Below, piece after piece: positions 56,614 through 57,355 of a DNA stretch of 57,355 nt; the first letter of the stretch is position 1; every line of letters begins with the position of its first letter. Origin of the DNA: a virus (Duplodnaviria > Caudoviricetes). The position numbers were made by a program, and so were the translations under genes. The notes below the pieces were generated by a model. That model saw only the letters and a program-made list of their open reading frames with translations. It made no database searches and was not told the origin of the DNA. The stretch is from positions 1 to 57,355 of the IMG/VR virus record IMGVR_UViG_3300044648_000391; one strand, given 5' to 3'.

Positions 56614-57355
56614 ATGAGTAAATTACTCATCAATGAACCGCCGTTAATGGTACTACCCAAATTAGCCAAAGCTATCGGCTTAAACGAAGCTATCGTCCTA
56701 CAACAACTCTACTACTGGCTCAACCACGGCTACGCTGCCGGCCTATGCGGTGGAGAATTACAGACTGATAACAAATCATGTGTTTGGTATAAGAACAGCT
56801 GTGACGGCCTCTTAAAAAGGTTTCCGTTTCTGTCCAAAATGACGCTTCGACGAACACTGACTAGCCTAGAATCGCAAAACCTCATCATCTCCGCCAAGAG
56901 CAGCGCCTCAAAAATGGACCATAGACTGTCCTATTCAATTAACTACCAAACCATCGAAAATATCGAAAAAGCCCTAGGGTGTGAACAAATCGATAACGCC
57001 AAAATGAACACATCGGAAGAAAATCAGGAAGTAGTTGATAATAAAGAAGATTTAGATAAATCTCGATCTGTTCAAAATGAACACATCGATCTGTTCAAAA
57101 TGAACACATCTTCATTAGAGAAGAATGTATTTAATGAAGATAATAAAGAAATATATATATGTGATTCAGGGAATGATTTTGAAAAATCGGGAGAGGCAAA
57201 TAACGAGAGAAGCAACCCCACACCCAAAGCCCCTACCAGGCTCGATAAGCTATTCAACGACTTCTGGACAGCCTATCCAAACAAAAAGTCCAAAGGCGAA
57301 GCGCGTGATGCCTTCCCTAAAGCCCTCTCGGAAGCAGGCTCCCTAGATGCCCTTC
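56614..57355 (+). CDS. Phage replication initiator, N-terminal part (continues to 432)
   Basis: MSKLLINEPPLMVLPKLAKAIGLNEAIVLQQLYYWL; open to the window end; AGGAG RBS. Confidence 0.85.
   Translation, partial: MSKLLINEPPLMVLPKLAKAIGLNEAIVLQQLYYWLNHGYAAGLCGGELQTDNKSCVWYKNSCDGLLKRFPFLSKMTLRRTLTSLESQNLIISAKSSASKMDHRLSYSINYQTIENIEKALGCEQIDNAKMNTSEENQEVVDNKEDLDKSRSVQNEHIDLFKMNTSSLEKNVFNEDNKEIYICDSGNDFEKSGEANNERSNPTPKAPTRLDKLFNDFWTAYPNKKSKGEARDAFPKALSEAGSLDAL
57000..57110 (+). repeat. Iteron-like repeats, probable replication origin
   Basis: Two tandem 23-bp units CGATCTGTTCAAAATGAACACAT (57064, 57087), a partial copy at 57000, then AT-rich DNA. Confidence 0.7.
57229..57355. repeat. Terminal direct repeat, right copy
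   Basis: Identical to 1-127. Confidence 0.97.

Noticed and set aside
1-57355. CRISPR array, diversity-generating retroelement, hammerhead or tRNA-linked HDV-like ribozymes
   Set aside because: No spaced repeats or reverse transcriptase seen; the CTGATGA matches I noticed lie in coding DNA, and no nested pseudoknot was evident after tRNA 3' ends by eye

Overview
The window is an apparently complete, circular tailed-phage genome of about 57.2 kb; bases 1-127 equal 57229-57355, probably an assembly overlap. It has a lambda O/P-like replication pair spanning the join, with iterons. A podovirus-like virion block runs 17250-46711 (TerL, portal, two GroES-like genes, scaffold, capsid, tail tube/nozzle, ejection proteins, fibres), followed by an early block (MarR, CsrA, three YopX, ERF, SSB, VRR-NUC). 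No integrase or endolysin is recognisable. The accessory content is strongly RNA-centred: nine tRNAs, three unrelated RNA ligases (T4 Rnl1-like, DRB0094/Rnl5-like, RtcB), a release-factor domain lacking GGQ, and an orphan HigA-like protein. Several structured non-coding regions were folded by eye. Two 180-200 nt tRNA-ended RNAs share one non-canonical architecture (6902-7099 + and 47360-47541 -), a third degenerate cloverleaf lies at 47550-47632, and two ~350 nt promoter-preceded RNAs lie at 7735-8085 and 10393-10740. One virion-region protein ends in a WASP-like Pro-rich/WH2/central/acidic pattern. CsrA, SSB and an outer-membrane beta-barrel point to a Gram-negative, probably gammaproteobacterial host, possibly eukaryote-associated (inference). 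All assignments rest on motif recognition and manual base-pairing; no searches were run.
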